Below are positions 25,710 to 37,506 of a DNA stretch of 64,000 bases, piece after piece; position 1 is the first letter of the stretch; every line of letters starts with the position of its first letter. Made by a program: the position numbers and the translations under genes. The DNA lies in assembly GCA_002189035.1 (NCBI GenBank), contig CM007992.1:1-64000 (forward strand), read 5' to 3'. Under the pieces are notes generated by a model, which worked only from the letters and a program-made list of their open reading frames with translations, ran no database searches and was not told where the DNA came from. Origin of the DNA: Utricularia gibba. Its lineage: Eukaryota; Plantae; Magnoliophyta.

Positions 25710-26697
25710 TTGCAGCAAGTGAGTAGCACCCAGCTGCTCCCGATGGGAGAGAGAGAAAAGAAACCAAGCAGGCAGTTGTTGGTTCGCCTGGTGCTCTTGG
25801 GTTGTGCCACATATATTCAACTTTGCCCTGAATGTATGGTCGCAGTGGTTCCTAATTTCTAATGGTTCGAGTGTCATTTTAATTCATGTGATGCATAAAA
25901 TTCTTGTCCCAACATCATGTCAACTTTGATCCACTAACTCGTAAAACGTGAAAAGGATAATGGAAATTGATGTGAGATGTCCTCCTTAAGACGTGGTAGA
26001 GTGGACTGGGGTGTTGTAGATGGATTTTCCGAGTTTCATGGATTGAGTGCTCGCAGGACGCCTTAACGACCGGAGCTCCCTTTTGGCCTCTTTGTACGCA
26101 CCAGCCCAGCTGGGGCTTCTCCGGTTCTCATTTCACTTGCTCCCAAAGCTTGTGATCATGGACCTGCCCGCCATCCATGGATGCGGATGCTTGTCGTGTA
26201 CTCTCCGATGCGATCATTTGTTGCGATTGAAGAGAGATAGATTGATGGGATAGACGAATCATTCGTTTTCCCTTTTAATTTTTCTTAAGTGATCAATCAT
26301 GCAGTGCCTGTCAATTCCGTAGATGGATGGATTGGATGAGCATGAAACCGCCTGTTGCCACGGCAGGCCAAAAACATCGGAGTACAAACAACGAGGAGGG
26401 TGGGAGGCAGAGGAGCCCAGAGGGGGAGTCGGGCCTGTTCATTCTATTCACTAACGGCCTTTCTCGTGTTATTGCTGTTAATTCTTCTTTTTTTTCTTCT
26501 TCAAGTATATAAAATTCATAATAGGAATCCATGCGGTAACGCATTGGAGGGGAAAGCATGGGAATGGGAGAAACAGGGGGAACGAACATCTCTAACTAAA
26601 CACCACCATCACCCAGTCATCATAACCTACTTTATTGCATTCACTCATTACTAAGCAGTGCATAGCGGCCGCAGCCGCAATTATATAGGCCGCCAGC

Positions 26698-29600
26698 TCA
26701 AAGCGCAGGGCCAGCAGCCAGAATCTTATCGGTGAGGGAGCCACCCTTTCCTATCTTGTGGGTCGCATACACTTCGAAGTTGTTCTTGAAAAGGCCACCC
26801 AGTTTCAGCAGTGTCTCCTTGTATGCTTTCTTGTTAGACCACTGCACACCACAGGCTCATTAATCGAATGCAAAATCAAATCTTAAAGGTATTTACGGTA
26901 GTAATCACGTACGGTGTTGATGGGATCCAAAATCTCTGAAGGTACACCATCCACTTCACTCGGAATCTCCAAACCGAAAACTTCAGTCTTGTTGTATGTA
27001 GCATTCAGCAAGCTACCTGAGTGTATGGCATCGATGATCTTTCGGGTGTATGCTAATTTGATGCGACTGCCAGAACCATAGCTGCGGATAGGAAGGTAGC
27101 ATTGTCGTCGGTCATGCATCATAAAAATTCTTTGAAAATTCCAACACATTCTTACCTTCCTCCTGACCACCCAGTATTCACAAGCCACCCTGTGGCCCCA
27201 TGCTTCTCCATCTTTTCAGCTAGCATGGCTGCATACTTGGTAGGATGCATCATTATGAACGCTGCACCAAAGCAAGCTGAGAATGTTGCCGTTGGCTCCT
27301 TGATACCATCTTCGGTACCAGCAACCTGGCAAGAAAAGACAAGTCTCTCAGTCATATACCGCAGAACTAAGCATTGACTTTCACGCCTTAAATAATGATA
27401 AAATTTTCTTACCAAAGCGGTGTATCCGCTAATAAAATGGTACATTGTCTGTGCCAGATTCAGCTTGCTTACTGGTGGAAGGACACCAAACGCATCACAA
27501 GCCAAGAGGATGACATTCTTCGGGTGGGGAGCAACACATGGAATTTTAGCATTGGGGATATATTCAATGGGATAGGCAGCCCGGGTGTTCTCTACATTGA
27601 AAGAAACAGCAACACATTATCAAATCGGCGAAGTATTTACACACAATCATTACAGAAATGGAATATCGCCTAGAAATATATATCACCTGTGACGGACTTG
27701 TCAGAGTAATCCACTTCTCGAGTATGCTCTTCAAACACAACATTCTCCAACACTGCGAATTAGGCACACGAAAATCGAGCTAAGATGGTGTAGACATTCA
27801 AAAAAGGAAAAACTTTTGCTTGACAATGCTCGTACCTGTACCAAACTTGATTGCATTCCAGATATCAGGCTCCTTTTCTCTGGAGAGATCAATACACTTT
27901 GCATAGCAGCCTCCTTCGATGTTTGACACCCCATTATCTCCCCAGCAATGTTCATCATCTCCAATGAGGTAACGATTGTGATCAGTAGACAAAGTTGTCT
28001 TTCCAGTCCCTATGATTCCCAGACAAAAAAAAGTGCAACCACCAGTTAGCAAGAAACACTAAATCTTAGAAGGAACACTTGCCATTCTAAACAGGGAAAC
28101 ACATGATCCTAAGGCTGGGGCTAGGACACACATTATTCTGCTGGGGACATAGCCCCTCATCGGGTAAGACCCGATGAGCTTACCTGACAAGCCAAAAAAG
28201 AGAGCAACATCTCCATCTTTGCCCATATTGCATCCAGAATGTAAGGACAAGATTTGACGCTTAGGCATGAGATAATGCATAACACCGAATAGACCTTTCT
28301 TCATCTCTCCGGCGTATTGTGTGCCGAGGATGACCATTTCTTTTCTAGCAAGGTTAAGATCTATGCTAGTGGATGATGTCATATAGTGGGTGTAACGGTT
28401 ACACGGGAACTGCCCCGCATTGTAAATAGTGAAGTCCGGAGTACCGAAGTTCTCCAGCTCTTCAGGAGTGGGGCGGATACACCTGTCACCCACCCAGTTA
28501 TACACATGCAAATGACAAATATTATACCAACTTACTAGGGAGCCTTCCTACAGCTCTAATTAACCATTCCGAACAGTATCATCAAAGGGGTATATTAGCA
28601 AAGGTAACTTATCTGATAGGACCAGGCACATAGAACTGCAAAAAAGAACTATATGAAGGTTTATGAAAATGGATTCCATCACTCACATGTTATGCATGAA
28701 CAAGGAATGGTAAGCCCTGGCTGAGACTATCCTGACTTTGATACGATTCTCGGGATCCCAATTGAGGAATTGATCATTGACGAAGACCTGAAAGTTTACG
28801 AGACACATGAGAATTGCTCATACAGAAACATGTGCGAAGATCAGTAGCTTCACCACTTCAACTGCAAGGGATGACATGTAAGAAACAAGTGTGTTATGAT
28901 GCTTTATTGCACCCAAAGACCTATGGACAGATGGGTTATACATCCTTAGACCCCCTTATTAGCTTATTTAGAAACTATAAATAAATGAAAATCTATGGGA
29001 ACTAGATCAAACATAGTCACTTGGGGAAGAAAGCCTGTAACCACATCAGAAGCAGAGTTCTACTCATTCCATCAGATAGTAAAATTTTCATATCTCTCGT
29101 AACACCAAACCGTTAAATATACCTTTTCTAGTGAATTCAAATAATCCACAGCTCGCTCCCTGTTAACCAAGAATGTGTGCTCATCCATTTCAATGTTCGG
29201 TGAGCCCCTGTGTATGGTTTTAAAAAGAACAAACGGGAAAAAACAAATTAAGGTATTTTTCAAGTAGAAGCAGCACAAGTTAAAAAAGCAGAGAAAATCC
29301 TCACGTACTTTCCCCACCAAAGATCCTCCTCAGTTGTTTCGTCCCTTACAACACGTTTGTCTTTGGGGGATCGGCCAGTCTTCGCCCCTGAAAGGGTCGC
29401 CAGTGCACCCGTGGAAGTAATAAATGACCCCTTTTCGTACATTATGGCCTGCTCATAGAGTTCTGCATCGCCAATTACACAAAAGCAGCAATGAGTAGTT
29501 TCACAGACGAACCCACCTATCGAGCGATCATATGCTACGCATAAAGGTCTGAAAGCAAAAGGTAGCGCAAAATTACCGGCAGGCGAAAGGTTATAGAGTA

Positions 29601-30319
29601 TGTGGGTGAATTTCAAAGAGCTGTCACTGACTTCTATGTTCGGCAGAACATAGTGATGACTAGCTTGCGCTATTCGGGGAGTCTCCGCCCTCGCAGGGTC
29701 ACCTCTCACCAACCTCGGACCGGTTTCTCTTGTCAACGATGCCAAAGATGCACTGGCGTGGAAGACAAAAACAACTAACACAAAATTAGAAAGTGGAAAG
29801 AACAAGGCAACGCATATCAGCATCATATAGTTCTTTCAAGGTTACACTTTTTTATTTATTGCCAAAAATTTGTAAAGGTAGCATTCGACAAAAAAATTGA
29901 CCAGGCCAGTCCAGGCCTATGGTCGGAGAGATCATGGTGGGATGGGGTCAACGCCCGACGATAAACCCACTGGAGATCCGACAAGTTTTATAGTGCCGCA
30001 TCAAACGCGAGCAGATCGAGTCTACCCTGACGGTACGGTACGCAAACAGAGAGAGTAATCGGTTTCACCTGATGGACTGAAGCTGCTTCCGGTTGCGCTC
30101 CTCCTCCGCTGCCACCGCAAAGGCGCCGAAGGCACCGTCAAGAGGAGTTGTTGGCGCCGATTTCTTTATCTGCAGAGAATGAAGCTCGTCGATGGTCTGA
30201 GCCCTGACTGGGGGCGTGCTGTCATCATAGCATATTCCCTCAGCCTTCTTATCCGTCTGGATCTTAGGTAGACCGTTCCGCCCAATCCCCGCCACGCGTC
30301 CGGGTGCACTTGATGCCAT
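26698..30319 (-). CDS. PCK1: Phosphoenolpyruvate carboxykinase (ATP)
   Basis: N-terminal [19 protein letters not shown]...[17 protein letters not shown]; [74 protein letters not shown]. Confidence 0.97.
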
Positions 30320-32234
30320 GATTTCACCCTGCAGTAGATAGGAAGCAAACCGGCGTAAGGTGTTTCAACCCAAACAGAAGCCTGGAACCCAGAGGGCTGA
30401 TGGTTATATAAAATGGAAACGGGAGAGACGTACCAAGCAGGGAGGGAGTTGGTAAATGAGACGAGAAGGTGGTGGTAGGAGAGGGGAAGAGGGCGCCAAT
30501 TTATAGGCCGCTGGGTGGAGCTTAACCATAGTTAGATTAGGCGTAGTCAGATTCAACCCTACGTCGTCAGAACGGCACTCTTCCCCTACTCTCTCTCTCT
30601 AGGTGGAGGGCTTGTATTGACTTTTTGCAGGGAGACAACATAAAGAAATGGTTGGGGGTTCGTGTAAGGAAATTCATAAACTAGCAGCGCCCTGGCAGTG
30701 GGTAGTACGAGATAGAAGCATAGGAGTAGCCAAAGAGTGCGCACCCATTCAGTGGGAGCGGAGCCACGCGACGCGACGGGCCCGGCTGCGTTAATTATGT
30801 GATGCTGATAATTAAAGAAAATATCCGAAAAGATTAGATCAGTAAGATGCGTCATGCGTGTGTTGTAGGTGTGTGGTATCACTTGTTTACACGTCGCATT
30901 GGATAAGCTGCAAGGGATTCATTCCATTTGGTGTGGGCTAACCTGGCCCTGCCCTCACCCTGACTCGCCCAATATGGCTCACATTCTCCCCCCCTCCGCC
31001 GGTCCCTTGTTCCAATCCAACAATGCTGCGGAAGAGCAGGGCCCCCACCCCGCCCAGGCTTGCGGGGGGTTGCTTTCAGCGCATCCGGTTAGGAGCAAGA
31101 CAGTTTTGTTCTCCAGCTATGTAGTAGTGGTGGTAGTGGTGTAGCATTTTGCATGCATTACTCCGGATGGCAACAGGCAACATAAAGTCTGTAGCAGTCG
31201 TCGTTCAATCTGGCATTCTGGGCTTGATTTTGGAGTTAATCACATGTTGATCGTGGCCTGGACTACAATTGCAATTAATGAATGGCTCGGCTCTTCACCA
31301 CACACCACACAGACTTGACGACTGACTTGACATTAGCTAGCTAGGGTTGAAAAAGAAACCCTTCGAATGGCCGAGTCCATTTTTATTTATTATTGCCTTC
31401 TGGACTTTTTCAAATCGTGGATCCACAAATTCGCAGCCCACGGGCAGACCGTCACATGCTGGATAAAAAAAGCAAAGGTTGAAAAAGAAACCCTTCGAAA
31501 TGAAATAAACCAACAAACGCAAGAATAATCTTTGGTGATTGAAATGAAGATTCTCCCCCAGACTTTCTAAACCACAGGCTCATCTTTCTTCGCATTGACT
31601 CACATCCCGCATCGTTACATGTCTGCCTCTCGAAAGCTGCAAGCGTGTTCGTGGAGCATACTTTATATTTAATAGAAACAAGGAACCAGATCTCGAGGGC
31701 CGCGTCAATCCCCGATTGGATTTGATTGCATTGTTGTCATGCAACCGAAAACTGAAGAACCGCGTCAGCTGCAGGTTCAGATCGGACGGGGGTTTGTCGC
31801 CTTCTGGGGGAGGCACCTCGAACATCCCAAACCAACCAAGCTTCATCCCCGATTCTGAAAACTCCATTCAATTGATACAAGCAGCAGAACCTTGGGCCAA
31901 ACCAGATCAGCTATTCAGAAAACCAATAGCATCTCTCTTTATCTCTCTGAGACCTTAAGGTTTTGGAACCGACTGGTAGTGCAAGACCAACCACAATTGA
32001 GTAAGACACGAGCGCTTACCATTCCAAACAACCTGCAACCAATCCAACTTCGCATACGTCGACAACCCAGGCCAGGGTTTCAATTTAAACAAACCTTTAC
32101 TCTTAACTCACTCATCCACACCACGGGGAAAGAAGATGCTATAATAGAAATCATTCATGGCGTACTGGATTCACAACAACAACAGCAGCAGCAAGATTAA
32201 CCTGGAAACCTAAGCAGTCCCCTAGGGTTCCCAA

Positions 32235-32574
32235 TCAATTGGAGTTGAAGAGGGCAGGGTTGGATGAGGCGTTGCTGACTTGGACTTCAAGCATTTCCAG
32301 GCGTCGCGACATTCTGTCAAGCTTTTCGTTCAATTTAGCCAATTTGTTCTTCGTCGTCGACTCTAGCCAACAAGAACGGTGAATTTAGAAAACCTAATCG
32401 TCAATAACGAAGGCCGAAAGGAAAGGAGAGAGGACAGGCACCAAATTGCAAGAGGAAGTCGACAAGGCGGCGAACATGGAGTGAGACATGCGAAAGGAAT
32501 TCTCGATTTTCCCAGTCTGCCTGCACTGCGATCCCAACGCTCATGGCGTTCGCTATCCCTCCAGCTCTAGCCAT
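32235..32574 (-). CDS. BRK1: BRICK1/HSPC300 subunit of the SCAR/WAVE complex, 2 exons; not in the ORF track
   Basis: MARAGGIANAMSVGIAVQADWENREFLSHVSLHVRRLVDFLLQF|ESTTKNKLAKLNEKLDRMSRRLEMLEVQVSNASSNPALFNSN*. Confidence 0.95.
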
Positions 32575-32953
32575 CTGCCGCGGTGCACCGGATCCGGGAT
32601 CTGCTGCAAGTCCCAGGTCACCCTTAGGACTGCAACCACCAATCCCTTGCTCAAACTAAAAGCCCAACACTCCAACGAGCCCTGTTATTTCAACAGTAGG
32701 CCCATCACTGAAACGCCCATTACCACAGTACTATTTCATGTTATATGTGCTTGTTTGTGTAACGAGCTGTCTTAACTATGATGGTGAATATGAAAGACTA
32801 TTGGCCATGTCAATGCTTCAGTATTGAGGCTTCCAATGCCCTCACTTTCAAGATCGGTTTGGACTGCTGCCCTCATCTTCCTTCAGAACTGGAAGAGCGT
32901 CAACCATAACAGTGTCGCAATGGAGATTCAGAAAAATGTGAACATGCTGGTTT

Positions 32954-33454
32954 TTATTTAAGAAAAATTATCATGCGGAAAAAAAAAATGGCTAAAGAAG
33001 CAACCAGCCATCCATCCATCAATCTTGAGGAAAAAGTCAGCAAATGCAGTCCTAAGCATCCTAGCAGCAGAGGCAGCGCCCATATGTTCAGCGCTGGTTC
33101 TGGACTAGAAGAAAACGTCCTCCAATAAAACGCATCCTCACTTGGATGAAAATTGCCCCAGGATCCAGCATCAGTACCATAGATGAATCTTTGAGGAGGG
33201 GGTGAAGCTGGGGTTAACCCTGTTGTGTACACGAACCTCGGTGGTGGTGGTGGCCGCGGCGGTGGTGGTGGAGGAGAAAGACTAGGTGCTGGTCTCTGGC
33301 TGCATGGAAGTACACAAGGGCATTCTCCGCACTTGATTACTGGTTGTTCAGTTCCATTTGAATCCACGGCGCTGGTGGGCAAAATTGGGAACATTTGATG
33401 AAGTAGCAGCGCCAAGAATAGCTTGCGGCAGTTGGGAATCGAAGCGGCACCCAT
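32954..33454 (-). CDS. Secreted/membrane-anchored Cys-motif proline-rich protein (extensin-like)
   Basis: Probable start MGAASIP; signal-like LFLALLLHQM; IKCGECPCVLPC; poly-Pro from a (GGT)n tract; hydrophobic C-terminus. The C-terminal end is uncertain. Confidence 0.7.
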   Translation of the reverse strand: MGAASIPNCRKLFLALLLHQMFPILPTSAVDSNGTEQPVIKCGECPCVLPCSQRPAPSLSPPPPPPRPPPPPRFVYTTGLTPASPPPQRFIYGTDAGSWGNFHPSEDAFYWRTFSSSPEPALNIWALPLLLGCLGLHLLTFSSRLMDGWLVASLAIFFFRMIIFLK

Positions 33455-34210
33455 TGCCGAACGTGGAGTGAGGGGAAAATCTAATTGGCTGCAGTCTAAT
33501 TGTATTGCTCGCACGGGTAAAGTAGTTGGCATCGGTTTCGAAATTCCTTGCTTAGGAAGGCCGAGAAAGTAGAGGCCGAACAGAAAATCTTGGTTCATTC
33601 GGTTTGCCACACGTCATCCGCCCACTCCCCTAGCGTCTGCATTATTCATTCCCTTTTCAGATGCTGCAGAGGGAGGGAGGAGTGACGATGGAAAAATGAA
33701 AACCGCCTGGACTTGACTTGGGGAGAAGAAAGGAATTTTCTTTAAGCAGTGAGAATAAGTTCTAAATGAAAGCAGTGGTCCGCAGAAGGTTCCTCATGAA
33801 AAGATGATGGGAAGCCATTTCCTTGCGAGCAAATGCTGAACTTCCTTTACATCAAAGCCACGAATTTATTCTTTATTCTTTTCCCCTCCGCTCGCTGCTT
33901 CAAGTCTCCTCATTCCTCTTCCAAATTCTCGCAGGTCGTGGATGGGCTGGGTGGCTTACCTGGGCCTTTTACGTCCCTGAGGCCCCAGATCTCACGCCCA
34001 ATTCACATTCTTCGACTGCGGGCTATTGACTGGGAGTAGGGATCGAGATCGACAATCCATCCAACCCCATCGATGCTAATCGCTCCTAAAAAATTTACGC
34101 AAGGAGCAAAAATAATCCTAAAAAATTAATTTTGAAATTAGAAATTATAATTCCTTCATAGTTAAAGAAACTAGAGTCCCTCAGACAATGGATCCGTATG
34201 ATCCTTGAGA

Positions 34211-35041
34211 TTATGGGCGGTATGGATTATACTGGTCGTAGGACAGCGGCGGCGCGTATGGATTATACTGGTTGTACCACAGCGGCGGCGCGTATGGATA
34301 ATGTGAGTTGTGGTAATGCGCAGGATCAATAGGGTACATCCAGGGCCCACTGTGGTAGTTATCAATGGTATGATAGCGATGGTGGTGAGTGGGGATAGAT
34401 TGGAGTCCTTGTCCAGGATGCGAGCAGCATAGGAAGGGTCTCCCCATCCCCACTTCTGGATTGGAATCCGAATAGAAGGGGTCATGGCCCAAAGACCCAT
34501 CATCGCATGACTCGGAATGCTCATCCAAGCTCAATGCTACAATCTCTGCCCGTTTGCCCGCCCTCGCTAGCTTCTCTACCAGCTTGGTGCAGTCCATGGA
34601 CTTGGAGCCACGCACCATCACTTGATTGTCATCAAGGTTGGTTTCCACGTTCCACACGCCTGTGACAGGATTCGAAAGCTAAAAAGAGAGAGCGCTTCAC
34701 ATTTTCTGTTCTAAGTAAAAAACAACCTTGGATCTTATGAAGAATCTTCTTCACTTTCTTGACGCAGGCTTGACAATGGAGAGGGACCTTCAGAGTGCAT
34801 GCCTATGCAACACAAACAAAGCAGTGAATATCAGCCATACATAAAAAAACAAAAACAAAAACACAAAAAAGTTCAGCAAGTAACTTGCTTTGATGAGGAC
34901 ACACTCGAACCATTCCGGCACTCGATCCCCCATCTCCCGGTGGAAACAGAGAGGCGTTCTTTATACCGTCCTGGCTCTGAAACACAAGATCCCTCTTCAA
35001 GTTCACTATAGTCCAGAATAACAGGTTACTCGTTCGAACAT
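34211..35041 (-). CDS. HMA-domain protein with Tyr/Pro-rich repeats, no evident CaaX (HPP type)
   Basis: MFER|ACTLKVPLHCQACVKKVKKILHKIQ|GVWNVETNLDDNQVMVRG...EKLARAGKRAEIV...PYAPPLWYNQYN PYAPPLSYDQYN. The stop position is uncertain. Confidence 0.82.
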
Positions 35042-35742
35042 GGTACAGATTTTAGATCTGATGTGCACACATTATTAGCAATTCATTACAAAACGCAAGA
35101 GTATTGGCATCATAATGTCGGCAGTCAAAAGCATCTTAAAAAACCAAGGAATAATTTCAAAGTGGGCGGGCACGCTGAATAGGATGTCCTGAGGGAATCA
35201 AGAAAGACAGAGACGGGGAGAGGGGTAACAAACCTACCACGTCAAGTCAACACGCAAGGGAGCCTTAGGAGGGAAGCCGCGTCGGTTGGTCCCTTCTTAT
35301 AGAAGCCGGAGGATGAACTGGTTTTTTTTTGCATGTGTATTCACCACGTAACAAAAGCATACCTTTTTCCCATATTCCTCCAATCATATTCTCTGTAGAT
35401 TGACCATTCGCAATAATTCGCAATTGTTGCAGATTACTCACCCCTTAACAAAGCACACTAATTTCCCCATATTCCTCTAATCATATTCTCTGCAGATTGA
35501 CCATCTGCAATAATCTACAGTATTGTTCACAAAATGCTTTATGGATCCCAACCAACCAAGAATTAGCCAGTCTGCAACGGCAATAACTGGCCGGTGTGAG
35601 AAAAATGTATTTTCAAAAGGAAAACAAAGGATGGATTCCCGGCACTGGAATTCACACTCGATTAGCAGTACTTGTATTCTAAGAATAAAACAAAAGAGAG
35701 GAGAGCAGCAGCGTCTGGTGGGTGGGTGGTTATTGGAGGAAG

Positions 35743-36344
35743 TCACATACTGGAGCAAGCATTGGGGTTGTCGTCGCTAAAGAGGAATGTGAAGCCAGAG
35801 GTTTCTGCTCCAGCCGATGCCGCCGTGGCGTTTGTGTGCAAGTTCTTGACGCACCCAGGGGGAGCCCTTATATCGTAGACTTGAGGTGCATGAGGGAACT
35901 GAACGGTGGTGTGTGGTATGTAAGGCCAAAACTCTGCTCTTTTTCCAGTCTTCTTCACACTGTTAAGGACTCTCTTCGGATCCACGAAACCCGTCACCTT
36001 TACTCGGCTATGCTTTCTGTCCACTTCCACACTTTCCACTCCTGCAGCCGAACACAAATCAACAAAACCAAGCAAGACAGCCAAATATACCCACAAAAAT
36101 ATTCTCTACCTCTTAAGTTTTTCACAGCATTCTTCACCTTCCTCTCACATCCATCGCAATCCATTTTTACCTTGATGTCGGTAGTCTGTGGATACATGCA
36201 GAAAGACAAGAAGACCTTTCTATGTTATAATCCATAGAGCTGCACCTCTGTAGGCATGTAGGAAACTAGTACCTGTGCTGATCTCCTTCTTCCTGTGGCA
36301 CTTCCAAGAGCGCAGAACTTGAATATGCAATCAAGAGCACCCAT
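35743..36344 (-). CDS. HIPP: HIPP20/21/22/26-like metallochaperone, 3 exons
   Basis: MGALDCIFKFC...|TTDIKVKMDCDGCERKVKNAV...|GVESVEVDRKHSRVKVTGFVDP..KTGKRAEFWPY...FSDDNPNACSSM*. Confidence 0.95.
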
Positions 36345-36918
36345 GAATGCTCGGATTCACCTATGACTCGGGAAGGCATAAATCACCCCTTCTCTTATAA
36401 TCTTATTTATACCAAATTTGAACCGTGTGGTGGTGATTTTCCACGGCCCTGTGCTCTCAACTTTTGATTTGCTAGCTAAAAAAGCGGGTTCATATTCTAA
36501 GATGCACAAAAAAAGTATGCAATAGTTTACTTTGAAATGATGATGATGAGTGCGTAATGACAGCTTTTAAGATTCCACTATTTGTTTGTGCTTCTTGCTC
36601 AGATGGCTGTTTCACTAGATTCTCAGAGTTCGAGATCTTTGACCTTATCAACAACTAGAAAATGGCATGTGAACAATGATTAGGAAGCAAACTCGAATAG
36701 TTGTTTCACAGCAGTAGAGACAACCCAAAGTTTATTGACAACAAGCCGGGCAGATACACTGGATGAAGGGAAAAAGAAAAATACGCATCCCAAAGATGCG
36801 TTGTGTTCACCAAGTAGCTTCTATGTTTCGTTGCGCTCAAAATATGCTTCTCAAGATCTAAACTTCCTTGAAGTCAACAAGTCCAACATAAAAATAAATT
36901 ATTTCTATCACCATCCCT

Positions 36919-36990
36919 GCCCCTATAGCTCAGTGGTAGAGCGTCAGTCTTGTAAACTGAAGGTCTGTAGTTCGATCCTGCATGGGGGCA
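36919..36990 (+). tRNA. tRNA-Thr(UGU), intronless
   Basis: Cloverleaf: acceptor GCCCCTA/TGGGGGC, A-box TAGCTCAGTGGTAGAGC, anticodon stem TCAGT-CTTGTAA-ACTGA, B-box GTTCGATCC; T-run terminator follows. Confidence 0.97.
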
Positions 36991-37506
36991 ATACTTTTTT
37001 CCAATAATATTTTTTTCCCAGAGCAAAGATCATTTGTCAAGGAGAGTGTTTTGCTCTCGGTGACACGTGGTGCCTTGTGAAATGTCTTCAGCATACTAGT
37101 CAGCTGTTGATGTCAGGAATTGTTCGACTTATGTCGTCCCCTGCCCTACCCTACCACCAGCCGGTTTGCAACGACAAAGTTTCTCTACGTTACAGTTTTG
37201 GGCTAAAACTCCTGAATCCCATTGTTCCAAATAAAAATCTGCATGTTCCAGAGCCCCTTTAGCTTTTGCAGTCCTCGCTTTCCGATTCTGTAATAGAACT
37301 CAATCGAAAAGCAACAAAGGGAAGCAGGTTGGAAGAATTTTCCTGAATTGATTGGACGACGAATCAGGCCCAATGTAATTTACAGTCCAACCCTCAACGC
37401 TCTGTCGCCATGTCTCCTCTGAGAAGTGACTCTCTCTCCCCCTAAGCCTTCATTTTGGAGACTCTGCTGTGGGAACCCGAGGCCTGCTGAATGTGCTCGA
37501 GCGAGG

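Noticed and set aside
26070-26095. GGAGCTCCCTTTTGGCC resembling a miR159/319 arm
   Set aside because: No complementary partner arm within ~200 nt on either side, so no hairpin.
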